From Pecten maximus (taxonomy: Eukaryota): DNA of 64,000 nt. The notes under the pieces are model-generated. The model ran no database searches. It was given only the letters and a program-made list of their open reading frames with translations, and was not told where the DNA came from. Below, piece by piece: positions 1 to 13,300 of the stretch; position 1 is the first letter of the stretch, and the number at the start of each line of letters is the position of its first letter. The stretch is from positions 1,488,001-1,552,000 of the forward strand of contig NC_047016.1 of assembly GCF_902652985.1 (NCBI RefSeq), in the 5' to 3' direction. A program made the translations under genes and the position numbers.

Positions 1-2140
1 GTTATTATAGACTTGGACAGCTGGCTAAATCTACATGAGAGTGAGGTAGGATACAGTTTTTATAGACTTGGACAGTAGGATACAGTTATTATAGACTTGG
101 ACAGTAGGATACAGTTATTATAGACTTGGACAGTAGGATACAGTTATTATAGACTTGGACAGCTGGCTAAATCAACTTGAGAGTGAGGTAGGATACAGTT
201 ATTATAGACTTGGACAGTAGGATACAGTTATTATAGACTTGGACAGCTGGCTAAATCAACTTGAGAGTGAGGTAGGATACAGTTATTATAGACTTGGACA
301 GCTGGCTAAATCAACTTGAGAGTGAGGTAGGATACAGTTATTATAGACTTGGACAGCTTGGCTAAATCAACTTGAGAGTGAGGTAGGATACAGTTATTAT
401 AGACCTTGGACAGCTGGCTAAATTAAACTGGAGAGTGAGGTAGGATACAGTTATTATAGACTTGGACAGCTGGCTAAATCAACTTGAGAGTGAGGTAGGA
501 TACAGTTATTATAGACTTGGACAGCTGGCTAAATCTACTGGAGAGTGAGGTAGGATACAGTTATTATAGACTTGGACAGCTGGCTAAATCAACTTGAGAG
601 TGAGGTAGGATACAGTTATTATAGACTTGGACAGCTGGCTAAATCAACTTGAGAGTGAGGTAGGATACAGTTATTATAGACTTGGACAGCTGGCTAAATT
701 AACTTGAGAGTGAGGTAGGATACAGTTATTATAGACTTGGACAGCTGGCTAAATTAACTGGAGAGTGAGGTAGGATACAGTTATTATAGACTTGGACAGC
801 TGGCTAAATCAACTGAGAGTGAGGTAGGATACAGTTATTATAGACTTGGACAGCTGGCTAAATCTACTGGAGAGTGAGGTAGGATACAGTTATTATAGAC
901 TTGGACTGCTGGCTAAATCAACTTGAGAGTAAGGTAGGATACAGTTATTATAGACTTGGACAGTAGGATACAGTTATTATAGACTTGGACAGTAGGATAC
1001 AGTTATTATAGACTTGGACAGTAGGATACAGTTATTATAGACTTGGACAGTAGGATACAGTTATTATAGACTTGGACAGCTGGCTAAATCAACTTGAGGG
1101 TGAGGTAGGATACAGTTATTATAGACTTTGGACAGTAGGATACAGTTATTATAGACTTGGACAGTAGGATACAGTTATTATAGACTTGGACAGTAGGATA
1201 CAATTATTATAGACTTGGACAGTAGGATACAGTTATTATAGACTTGGACAGCTGGCTAAATCAACTTGAGGGTGAGGTAGGATACAGTTATTATAGACTT
1301 GGACAGCTGGCTAAATTAACTTGAGAGTGAGGTAGGATACAGTTATTATAGACTTGGACAGCTGGCTAAATTAACTGGAGAGTGAGGTAGGATACAGTTA
1401 TTATAGACTTGGACAGCTGGCTAAATCAACTTGAGAGTGAGGTAGGATACAGTTATTATAGACTTGGACAGCTGGCTAAATCTACTGGAGAGTGAGGTAG
1501 GATACAGTTATTATAGACTTGGACAGCTGGCTAAATCAACTTGAGGGTGAGGTAGGATACAGTTATTATAGACTTGGACAGTAGGATACAGTTATTATAG
1601 ACTTGGGACAGCTGGCTAAATCAACTTGAGGGTAAAGGTAGTGATACAGTTATTATAGACTTGGACAGTAGGATACAGTTATTATAGACCTTGGACAAGC
1701 TGGCTAAATCAACTGGAGAGAGTGAGGTAGGATTACAGTTATATAGATTTTGGACAGCTTGCTAAATCAACTGGAGAGTGAGGGTAGGATACAGTTATCT
1801 ATAGACTTGGACAGCTGGCTAAATCAAATGGAGAGTGAGGTAGGATACAGTTTATTATTAGACTTGGGACAGCTGGGCTAAATCACTTGATGAGTGAGGT
1901 AGATACAGTTATTATAGACATTGGACAGCTGGCTAAATCTACTGGCGAGTGAGGTCGGAGTAGGATACAGTTATTATAGTACTTGGACAGCTGGCTACAT
2001 CAACTGTAGAGTAAGTAGGATGGATACAGTTATTACTAGACTTGGGCAGATAGGATACAGTTCTTATAGACTTGGACAGTAGGATACAGTTATTATAGAC
2101 CTTGGACAGAATAGAGAGTAGAACGATTATGGACGGTATC
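1..2140 (+). repeat. 55-bp minisatellite (29-bp short variant) containing an exon-end/donor-like motif
   Basis: Unit GTTATTATAGACTTGGACAGCTGGCTAAATCAACTTGAGAGTGAGGTAGGATACA; increasingly noisy after ~1600. Confidence 0.95.
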
Positions 2141-2838
2141 ATAGTGAGTGATCGTTATGACTTGGACAGTGTATCATGAGGTGAGTGATAGTATTAAGTG
2201 ACACGTATCACTAGGTGAGTGATACATTTTATGACTGACATGTAATACTGGTGATAGGTAGTTTATATGGTCTAATCAATAATGTAGACATTTATTGCTA
2301 GATAAGTTTATAGATACGTGGATCTTATTAAGAAGAAAGTTATAGACGGCAGTAGGAAATAAGATTGATATCAATGAGTGTAGCAGTATCTGAAGTGTAG
2401 TATAGACGACGTGTCATATAGATTATAGACTTTGATATAATGGTGTGTCATTAACGCTATCTTGTAAACTTAAGAAATAAAAGAAGTAAATCATTGATAA
2501 ATATTTGGTAAAATATACTGACAAAATTCACAATAAACATCCGTTGCATTTTCACTTACCATTTAGGAATAACTATTCATCAAAAAAAAAAAAAATTAGT
2601 CATATAGCTATATCACAGCTGTAATAAAAGGAGCAGTTATTTTTTCATTGGCTTAGATGATAAGTCATTATTCATCATGTAAATTTAACCTTTTTAAAAC
2701 TCGGAATGCATTTCCCTCATTAAAGACTAGAGTTCAATAATGATTTATTAAAGGAGCAGTAGACAAGTGGGGAACATTAAGTGATGTGATATATAATTCA
2801 CTACAAGGAGTATTGATTACGTTGTGTAAATGTTACAG

Positions 2839-4110
2839 TCGACTGTCGCTGAGGAGGTGGGGAGTGAGCCTAGCAGTCCGGAGCTACAACGACCGAAACC
2901 CAGGTCAAGTAAGTACATGTACTTACTAATGTAGTTCTATCGTAGTTATGTCTAATCTAATGATATGGGTAACTGGTATTTTTTTTGTTTGATTTAATGA
3001 TATGTTATACTGGTATGATAATGTCTATGTGATACCTATTTAACTTATAAGATGGTCTGGATGTCGCTTTTTAAACGTATTGTTCATTGTAGAGTCAACT
3101 ACGTCTGGAGAAATAGCAGAGAGGGATACAAGTGCCAAAAAGAAGAAAAAGAAGAAGAAAGACAAATCGGAGAAGGTAAATTCATCCAAAACAGATTTTA
3201 AACTTGCCAGATATATAATGTTCATACATTAAAGTCATCATTATATATACCGCAGTACATCATCTATGTCAGGTCTTTGTGTGTCAGTGTTAGCAGTTAA
3301 ACATATTATATATAACATACACATCAGGTCCCTGTGCATAAGTGTTGGTAGGTATACATATATACAACATATGTACTTCCGGGCCCTGTGCATCATTGTT
3401 AGCAGATAAACATAAATGCAACATGTATGTCAGATCCCTGTGCATCAGTGTTGGCTGGTAAACTTATATGTACAACATATACATCAGGGCCCAGTTGTTC
3501 AAAAGGTGATTAGGCTAATCAAGGTTTAACAACAAATTTAAAATCTTGATAAAGTCATTTTTGGTAAAACTAACTTAACAAAATTTCATGACATGATAAC
3601 ACTCGTCAGTTTCTTCCTACTTACCTATTTTAAGGAATACACACACTCAGGTTTGAATTAAAGTAGAAATGAGATTTTCACTAATCAAGTGATTAAGCTT
3701 ATCACCTTTTGAAAACTGGGCCCAGGTCCTGGTGTGTGTGTCAGTGTAGGCAGATTAACATATAAATAAAACTTCAATGTCAGGTCCCTGTGCGTCAAGT
3801 GTAGGCAGAGAAACTGTATAATACTTTACTTAAAGAAAGTTAGGTTCATAAAGGATGAGCTGGTGTATTTTGATTTTTTTTGATTTTGTAGGGAGAAGAA
3901 AATTCAACTTCAAAAAAGAATAAGAAAAAGGACAAACAAAAAACAGAAAAAGAGAAGGGTGAAACAAGCAAAAAGGAGAAGAAGAAAAAGAAAGAAAAAA
4001 TAGTTGTGTCACAAACTGAAAATGCAATGGAAAATATGGATGACTTGGAAGCATTCCTAAATGATGATCCTTCAACCCCTGGGGGCGGGGCAGGTTATGA
4101 GTCACTCTGA
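2839..4110 (+). CDS. RABL6: Rab-like protein 6, last three coding exons (5' part lies upstream of the window)
   Basis: Exons 2839-2908, 3093-3175 and 3892-4110 have AG/GT boundaries and compatible phases (0/1/0). They encode a Lys-rich tail ending MDDLEAFLNDDPSTPGGGAGYESL*, which resembles the RABL6 C-terminus (LEAFL...GGGDYEEL) as I recall it. Confidence 0.8.
3488..3722. mobile_element. PIF/Harbinger-type MITE, 3-bp TSD CAG
   Basis: TIRs GGCCCAGTTGTTCAAAAGGTGAT / ATCACCTTTTGAAAACTGGGCC with CAG on both sides. The neighbouring ~60-bp repeat shows the empty site CATCAG|GTCC. Confidence 0.75.
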
Positions 4111-4424
4111 TCTTTCAACCCCTGGGGATGAGGCAGGTTATGAGTCACTCTGATCCTTCAACCTTAACAGAAATGTTCTGTGTCACATCAACCCTGGGAG
4201 GCAAGATAATGGTTTCTGTGACTCATCAGCCTTGGGGGAGGGGATGGGATATGGGATCAAACATTCCTGGGATTAGGGAATGATAGTTCCTCTGGTTCAT
4301 TGACCTGGAGAGGGGACAGGAAAAGTGTTACTGTGATCCAACAATCCTGGGGTGGGGAATGATAGGATGTGTTATGCTGCTTCATAAGTTTTGGTTTTAG
4401 ATGGCCTCTAATATCCATTACCAG

Positions 4425-5130
4425 GGGTAGGGATGGGATGGGTAATTCTATAAATCCAGGGGTAGGGATGGGTAATTCTATAAACCCAGGGGTAGGGATG
4501 GGATTAGTCACTCTATAAACCCAGGGGAAGGGATGGGATTAGTCACTCTATAAACCCAGGGGTAGGGATGGGATGGGTAATTCTATAAACCCAGGGGTAG
4601 GGATGGGATTAGTCACTCTATAAACCAAGGGGTAGGTATGGGATTAGTCACTCTATAAACCCAGGGATGGGATGGGTAATTCTATAAACGCAGGGGTTGG
4701 GATGGGATTAGTCACTCTATAAACCCAGGGGTAGGGATGGGATTAGTCACTCTATAAGCTCCAGGGGTAGGGATGGGATAAGTCACTCTATAAGCTCCAG
4801 GGGTAGGGATGGGATTAGTCACTCTATAAACCCAGGGGTAGGGATGGGATTAGTCACTCTATAAACCCAGGGGTAGGGATGGGATTAGTCACTCTTTAAA
4901 TCCCAGGGGTTTGGATGGGATTAGTCACTCTATAAACCCAGGGGTAGGGATGGGATTAGTCACTGTATAAGCTCCAGGGGTAGGGATGGGATTAGTCACT
5001 CTATAAATCCCAGGGGTTTGGATAGGATTAGTCACTCTATAAACCCAGGGGTAGAAATGGGATTGGCATTATAAACCCAAGGGTTGGGATGCGATTACAT
5101 ACTCTAAACCCCAAGGGTTGGGATGGGATT
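4425..5130 (+). repeat. ~35-bp G-rich minisatellite downstream of the RABL6 stop
   Basis: Unit GGGGTAGGGATGGGATTAGTCACTCTATAAACCCA. Confidence 0.9.
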
Positions 5131-5514
5131 GTCAGTATAGAAGTATGGAGGGAGTCATTCTATAAACCACAAGTGTTAGGGGAGTCAGATGATACACCTA
5201 GAGGATCGCAGCAGGTTGTCACTATATACTTTGGGGGCCGGGATATGTTGTTAGCCCAATGGTTGGGTATGGAGTAAACAGAGGGGTTAGGATTTCATTA
5301 ATTATCATTATTTATTGAGATGTTTATACAGAGATGTATGTGTACAAGTGGAGTATATTGTGTGTAAACTAAATGAATGACAAACGAGATAAAATATGCT
5401 GAAAATACATTTTTGTAAACATTTAGAAGTAATTGTGTATTGATGTGATTTTAGTGCTAAAACTGAATAAATATGAAGTACAATGTTAATGTTGTTATCC
5501 TGCTTGGGGAACAT

Positions 5515-8500
5515 TGGTGACCAGGTGTGGATGTCTGGTGACAGTGTGTGGATGTCTGGTGACCGTGTGTGGATGTCTGGTGACCTTGTGTGGATGTCTG
5601 GTGACCATGTGTGGATGTGTGGCGACCTTGTGTGGATGTCTGGTGACCGTGTGTGGATGTGTGGCGACCTTGTGTGGATGTCTGGTGACCGTGTGTGGAT
5701 GTCTGGTGACCGTGTGTGGATGTCCGGTGACCTTGTGTGGATATCTGGTGGTTGTGTGTGGATGTCTGGTGACCTTGTGTGGATGTGTGGTGACCTTGTG
5801 TGGATATCTGGTGACCGTGTGTAGATGTCTGGTGACTGTGTGTAGATGTCTGGTGACTGTGTGTGGATATCTGGTGACCGTGTGTAGATGTCTGGTGACT
5901 GTGTGGATGTCTGGTGACCTTGTGTGGATATCTGGTGACCTGTGTGGATGTCTGGTGACTGTGTGTGGATGTCTGGTGACCTTGTGTGGATGTCTGGTGA
6001 CCTTTGTGTGGATGGATGTCTGGTGACCTGTGTGTGATGTCTGGTGACCTGTGGATTCTGGTGGTTGTAGATGTCTGGTGACTTGTGTGGATGTCTGGTG
6101 ACCTGTGTGTGGATGTCTGGTGACCGTGTGTAGATGTCTGGTGACTGGGATTGGTGTTGTGTGGATTGTGCTGGTGAGTCTGTGTGTGGATGTCTGGTGA
6201 CCGTGTGTGGATGTCGTGACCTGTGTGGATTGGTGACTGTGTGGATGTCTGGTGACCTTGTGTGATGTCGGTGACCTGTGTGGATGTCTGGTGACCATGT
6301 GTTGGATGTTGGTGACCATGTGTGGATGTCTGGTGACTGTGTGGATGTCTGGTGACAGTGTGTGGATGTCTGGTGACCGTGTGTGGATGTCTGGTGACCG
6401 TGTGTGGATGTTTGGTGACTGTGTGTGGATGTCTGGTGACTGTGTGTGGATGTCTGGTGACTGTGTATAGATGTCTGGTGACCTTGTGTGGATGTGTGGT
6501 GACCATGTGTTGATATCTGGTGACCGTGTGTGGATGTGTGGTGACTGTGTGTGGATGTGTGGTGACCTTGTGTGGATGTGTGGTGACCTTGTGTGGATGT
6601 CAGGTGACCTTGTTTGGATGTCTGGTGACCTTGTGTGGATGTGTGGTGACCTTGTGTGGATGTGTGGTGACCTTGTGTGGATGTCTGGTGATCTTGTGTG
6701 GATGTCTGGTGACCTTGTGTGGATGTCTGGTGACCTTGTGTGGATGTCAGGTGACCTTGTGTGGATGTCTGGTGACAGTGTGTGGATGTCAGGTGACCTT
6801 GTGTGGATGTCAGGTGACCATGTGTGGATGTCAGGTGACCATGTGTGGATGTCTGATGACCATGTGTTGATATCTGGTGACTGTGTGTGGATGTCTGGTG
6901 ACCTTGTGTGGATGTCTGGTGACTGTGTGGATGTCTGGTGACCGTGTGTGGATGTCTGGTGACTGTGTGGATGTCTGGTGACTGTGTGTGGATGTCTGGT
7001 GACCGTGTGTGGATGTCTGGTGACCTTGTGTGGATGTCTGGTGACCTTGTGTGGATGTCTGGTGACCTTGTGTGGATGTCAGGTGACCTTGTTTGGATGT
7101 CTGGTGACCTTGTGTGGATGTCTGGTGACCTTGTGTGGATGTCTGGTGACCTTGTGTGGATGTCTGGTGACCATGTTTGGATGTCTGGTGACCTTGTGTG
7201 GATGTCTGGTGACCTTGTGTGGATGTCTGGTGACCTTGTGTGGATGTCTGGTGACCTTGTGTTGATATCTGGTGGTTGTGTGTAGATACCTGAGCACATG
7301 ATGACCATATGGATTGGGTGACTGGATGTCTATATATGGTGACTGGGTGTCTATATATGGTGACTGGATGTCTATATATGGTGACTGGATGTCTATATAT
7401 GGTGACTGGATGTCTATATATGGTGACTGGATGTCTATATATGGTGACTGGATGTCTATATATGGTGACTGGATGTCTATATATGGTGACTGGATGTCTA
7501 TATATGGTGACATTGATGTTAATTTGTGACTTGGTGGAATATTGGTGACCCGTGGAGATATCTGGTAATCAGGTGTGGATATCTGGTGACGGTGTTATAT
7601 GTTTACTGTGACTTAATGGTTGTTATATTTGGTGACCAGGTATGGATAATCTGTAACTGGTGTGGACATCTGGTGACCAGGTGTTATATTAGTGACCAGG
7701 GTATGGATATCTGGTAACAATGTGTGGACATCTGGTGACCAGGTGTTAATATTTAGTGACCAGGGTATGGATATCTGGTAACATTGTGTGGACATCTGGT
7801 GACCAGGGTATGGATATCTGGTAACATTGTGTAGACATCTGGTGACCAGGTGTTGATATTTAGTGACCAGGGTATGGATATCTGGTAACATTGTGTGGAC
7901 ATCTGGTGACCAGGTGTTAATATTTAGCGACCAGGTTATGGATATCTGGTAACATTGTGTGGACATCTGGTGACCAGGTGTTAATATTTAGTGACCAGGT
8001 TATGGATATCTGGTAACATTGTGTGGACATCTGGTGACCAGGTGTTGATATTTAGTGACCAGGGTATGGATATCTGGTAACATTGTGTGGACATCTGGTG
8101 ACCAGGTTATGGATATCTGGTAACATGGTGTGGACATCTGGTGCCCAGGTGTTGATATTTAGTGACCAGGTTATGGATATCTGGTAACATTGTGTGGACA
8201 TCTGGTGCCCAGGTGTTGATATTTAGTGACCAGGGTATGGATATCTGGTAACATTGTGTGGACATCTGGTGACCAGGTGTTGATATTTAGTGACCAGGGT
8301 ATGGATATCTGGTAACATTGTGTGGACATCTGGTGACCAGGGTATGGATATCTGGTAACATTGTGTGGACATCTGGTGACCAGGTGTTGATATTTAGTGA
8401 CCAGGGTATGGATATCTGGTAACATTGTGTGGACATCTGGTGACCAGGTTATGGATATCTGGTAACATGGTGTGGACATCTGGTGCCCAGGTGTTGATAT

Positions 8501-8990
8501 TTAGTGACCAGGTTATGGATATCTGGTAACATTGTGTGGACATCTGGTGCCCAGGTGTTGATATTTAGTGACCAGGGTATGGATATCTGGTAACATTGTG
8601 TGGACATCTGGTGACCAGGTGTTGATATTTAGTGACCAGGGTATGGATATCTGGTAACATTGTGTGGACATCTGGTGACCAGGTTATGGATATCTGGTAA
8701 CATGGTGTGGACATCTGGTGCCCAGGTGTTGATATTTAGTGACCAGGTTATGGATATCTGGTAACATTGTGTGGACATCTGGTGCCCAGGTGTTGATATT
8801 TAGTGACCAGGGTATGGATATCTGGTAACATTATGTGGACATCTGGTGACCAGGGTATGGATATCTGGTAACATTGTGTAGACATCTGGTGCCCAGGTGT
8901 TGATATTTGATGACCAGGATATGGATATCTAGTAACATGGTGTGGACATCTGGTGCCCAGGTGTTGATATTTAGTGCCCTGTTGTTGGGA
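5515..8990. repeat. Compound 21-bp minisatellite grading into 41/62-bp higher-order units
   Basis: TGTGTGGATGTCTGGTGACCT (5515-7290), GGTGACTGGATGTCTATATAT (7316-7510), then GGACATCTGGTGACCAGGTGTTGATATTTAGTGACCAGGGTATGGATATCTGGTAACATTGTGT (7660-8990). Confidence 0.95.
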
Positions 8991-9789
8991 TGTCTTGTGT
9001 GGTATATGTCATTACACTGAGCTCCAAGCTGTGCCCAGGTGTTGATATTTAGTGCCCAGGTGTTGATATTTAGTGCCCTGTTGTAGGGATGTCCTGTGTG
9101 GTATATGTCATTACACTGAGCTCCAAGCTGTCTACTGATCATTTAGTAGGTACTCACTGATGAACAGGAGACCCTGTGAATAAGATCACATTTTGTGTTG
9201 TATATTTGTGATTTAATTTAACAAAGATTATATTTGAAGATAAACAGATCTAACAACACATGTTATAAACAACACATGTTATAAACAACACAAACAATAC
9301 CGTAAGATAAACGTCTGTTTATTAATTCCTGACTTTAACCTTTAAACTTCAAAATCTAGGTAATAAAGGAATGCTGTGAAGTTTAATGTGAAATTTTTAA
9401 ACTGGCATGATTACAAAGCAGCACTTATATAGTTAATCTGTATTATAGACAGGCTGTACAACTATACAATCAGTCATGGCAGTATCCATTGCCAGGAAAT
9501 AAAATCTCTGATTGCCATGATAGTATAACTTCAGGAACTACAATGAAAGTCAAATAAATATGTTTTTTTTTAAATTTGTTAATTTGTAACCTCAACAATG
9601 AGGACAAACAATAGGTAGAGAACAGATAATATCTACATTGTAACACAGTCTTTTGTCTCACACTGGTTTGGCTGGCTCTTCAGTATCCTTCTGTTAACTA
9701 CAGTGATAGCTGACACTGCATCATGAATGTACTGTTGGAGGGACATGTAGGTCTTTTTGTACCAGTGTGGAGTTAGTCTTATCATTAGC

Positions 9790-10290
9790 CAAACAAGTCA
9801 GTCGTATACAAACAAGTCAGTCGTATACAAACAAGTCAGTCGTATACAAACAAGTCAGTCGTATACAAACAAGTCAGTCATATACAAACAAGTCAGTCAT
9901 ATACAAACAAGTCAGTCGTATACAAACAAGTCAGGTTATATCCAAACAAGTCATTCGTATCCAAACAAGTTGGGTCATATCCATGCAAGTCTGTTCTATC
10001 CATACAAGTCTGTCCATATGAGTCGGTTGTTTACATACAAGTCTTTTCTATCCATATATGTCAGTTGTAGTGTCCATGTGTCAGTTGTAGTGTCCATGTG
10101 TCAGTTGTAGTGTCCACGTGTCAGTTGTAGTGTCCACGTGTCAGTTGAAGTGTCCATATGTCAGTTGTAGTGTCCATGTGTCAGTTGTAGTGTCCATGTG
10201 TCAGTCGTAGCGTCCATGTGTCAGTCAAAGCGTCCATGTGTCAATTGTAGTGTCCCTGTGTCAGTTGTAGTGTCCATGTGTCAGTTGTAT
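9790..10290. repeat. 19-bp and 20-bp minisatellites just 3' of the CCDC151 stop
   Basis: AAACAAGTCAGTCGTATAC (9790-9970) and TGTCAGTTGTAGTGTCCATG (10058-10290). Confidence 0.9.
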
Positions 10291-10327
10291 TCACATTTCT
10301 GCAAGTCACAATCTCCTTATACACATA

Positions 10328-13300
10328 TTACTTCATCTTCTTCTTCTTCTTTGTGGTGCGTCGTTTTGTCTTGGAATCAACAATAAATTGTGATTGTTTC
10401 TTAATTGCGGTGCGGCCCGGAACATCACCATCATCATCACCACTGTCATCTTCATCTGAAGGTAATTAAAACATGATTTATTAACAGACCATTTTGGATA
10501 ACTCATACAGACTTTAGTCTGGGGATAAACACACAAATCTTGGTTAATTAACATCAAGTGTTGTCTCACTAAAGTTGGGATGGCAGATTTCACTTATCAT
10601 GTGTCATTAGCATTTATTTCAACCTTTTCCAATAATCTCATTGTAATCAAATCGTACCAGATCTTTCTGAGGGAAAGACGTCAATAACATTCTCAGGCAG
10701 TGTTAGTAGGTGTAGTAAAACTGATCAACATATATTACTTGATCGCTTCATTTATATTTCTATATGGTGATCACTGATCATTAGGGCACGTTTATAGACG
10801 ATGTCTGGATTATGACATAATGCAATGGGCAATGCAAGAGGTATTAGGTCAGGTCAATGGGTGAGTGATACATGACCTGGAGTTGGTTCAATGGGGCAGT
10901 GATACGTGGCCTGGAGTTGGTTCAATGGGTCAGTGTTACATGGCTTGGAGTTGGTTCAATGGGGCAGTGATACATGTCCTGGAGTTGGTTCAATGGGTCA
11001 GTGATACATGTCCTGTAGTTGGTTCAATGGGGCAGTGATACATGGCCTGGAGTTGGTTCAATGGGGCAGTGATACATGTCCTGGAGCTGGTTCAATGGGT
11101 CAGTGATACATGGCCTGTAGTTGGTTAATTGGGGGCGTGATACATGGCCCGGAGTTGGTTCAATGGGGCAGTGATACATGGCCTGGAGTTGGTTCAATGG
11201 GTCAGTGATACATGGTCTGTAGTTGGTTCAATGGGTCAGTGATACATGGTCTGTAGTTGGTTCAATGGGTCAGTGATACATGGTCTGTAGTTGGTCTGTT
11301 GTTGGTTCAATGGGTCAGTGATACATGGCCTGTAGTTGGTTCAATGGGTCAGTGATACATGGTCTGTAGTTGGTTCAATGGGGCAGTGATACATGACCTG
11401 GAGTTGGTTCAATGGGGCAGTGATACATGACCTGTAGTTGGTTCAATGGGTCAGTGATACATGGCCTGTAGTTGGTTCAATGGGTCAGTGATACATGGCC
11501 TGGAGTTGGTTCAATGGGTCAGTGATACATGGTCTGTAGTTGGTTCAATAGGGCAGTGATACATGACCTGGAGTTGGTTCAATGGGGCAGTGATACATGA
11601 CCTGGAGTTGGTTCAATGGGGCAGTGATACATGGCCTGGAGTTGGTTCAATGGGGCAGTGATACATGGCCTGGAGTTGGTTCAATGAGTCAGTGATACAT
11701 GGCCTGGAGTTGGTTCAATGGGGCAGTGATACATGGCCTGGAGTTGGTTCAATGGGTCAGTGATGTGCGGCCTGCATACGAGGCTGTACATGGGTCAGTG
11801 ATATGTGACCTGTATACAAGGTTGTACATGGGTCAGTGATACGTGACCTGGAGTTGGTTAATAGGGTCAGTGATACGTGACCTGTATACCAGGCTGTACA
11901 TGGGTCAGTGATACGTGACCTGTATACAAGGTTGTACATGGGTCAGTGATACGTGACCTGGAGTTGGTTAATAGGGTCAGTGATACGTGACCTGTATACC
12001 AGGCTGTACATGGGTCAGTGATACGTGACCTGTATACCAGGCTATACATGGGTCAGTGATACGTGACCTGTATACAAGGCTGTACATAGGTATATAATTT
12101 AAGTGACATGTATATGACAAGTGGATAGATGCTTAATTTGTTTAGCAAAGATAAAGCAAAGGTACATATTTCATGCATATAATATGATCTAACTGAAGTT
12201 TCTGTTTCATGAGATTTATTATACAATTCAAGAGTTTCTGACAATTTTCATAATCTTGTGTGAAATGGAAAGATCTTTTTATCACATGATTAAGATTTAA
12301 TTAACAATATCCTAGAAAATATGCATTTCCGTGTAATTTTTGAAATTATCTTGACTCTAAGTCTCTATATTCCTTGTCTTCATCATTACAACATTTTATT
12401 GTCATTTTATAATGTCACATTAAGTGAAATGATGTACCAGGTATTATATATGCAGGAATATGATATGGGTGTGTTTACGGAATAACACAGCAATCGTGAT
12501 CAAAAAATCAAAATCAACATTCAGCCAATCAAAAATAATCCACTCAAAATAAAAAGTCACGGTATATAATGGGCACGCATAAATAGTTGTGTGACTGAAT
12601 ATGATCCAAGTGGGTTGGAGCCCAGCAACCACCAGGAGGACAGATGAACAACCTGGTAACCAGGGCAACTGAATGTCCATCTGTTGCCAGGCTCGGATAC
12701 CCTCTCGACACAACCCAACATGGCAGTCTGATTTACTTAGGATTCCTCTACTCGTACCTCCGAGTACAACCCAGACAACCTGACATGGGGGCAGAGAAGA
12801 GAGGATATCCTTACTGTGAGGGTAGCAAGGCAGTAAACCCTGTGTAATAACTTACATCCTCCGTAAAGGGTTCGCGTAATGTCTTTATAGCAAAATCACA
12901 CAAATAAATACATGTATTATTAGATATTAGTCCATATCTTCATAGTGAATCCACACAAATTGATACATTATTAAGTATCGGCCCATTCATAGCACAACCA
13001 CACAAATTCATACATTTATTATAAAAATTTGTCTATAACATCATTGCAAACTCGATTCACTGTTATAGAATGTTAGAGAATGTTAGAGAATGTTAGCAGT
13101 AATTTATTGTTAGTATATGCCAGGTTCCTGCAGTTACATGAGTGATGATATATCATGGATGTACAATTGTACTATGATGGTTAGTTCACACTAGCTATTA
13201 TTAGGCAGGCTTTAGTTAACTTCACACTAGCTGTTAATAGGCAGGCTAAGAAAATCAAGAAAAAACTTACCATCAAATCCCATATCCCGTTCTTTCTGGG

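Noticed and set aside
1600-2460. Progressive decay of the 55-bp array as a biological gradient
   Set aside because: The scattered single-base indels look like low-coverage long-read consensus error; similar noise occurs near 6000-6310.
5308-8479. Long ORFs up to 666 aa (SPDIHTR / HQTSTQG repeats)
   Set aside because: They are translations of a 21-bp minisatellite that is open in several frames on both strands, with no gene structure.
12589-12870. GC-richer island in CCDC151 intron 11, possible solo LTR or SINE
   Set aside because: Only a weak B-box-like match; I could not establish termini, a TSD or a second copy.
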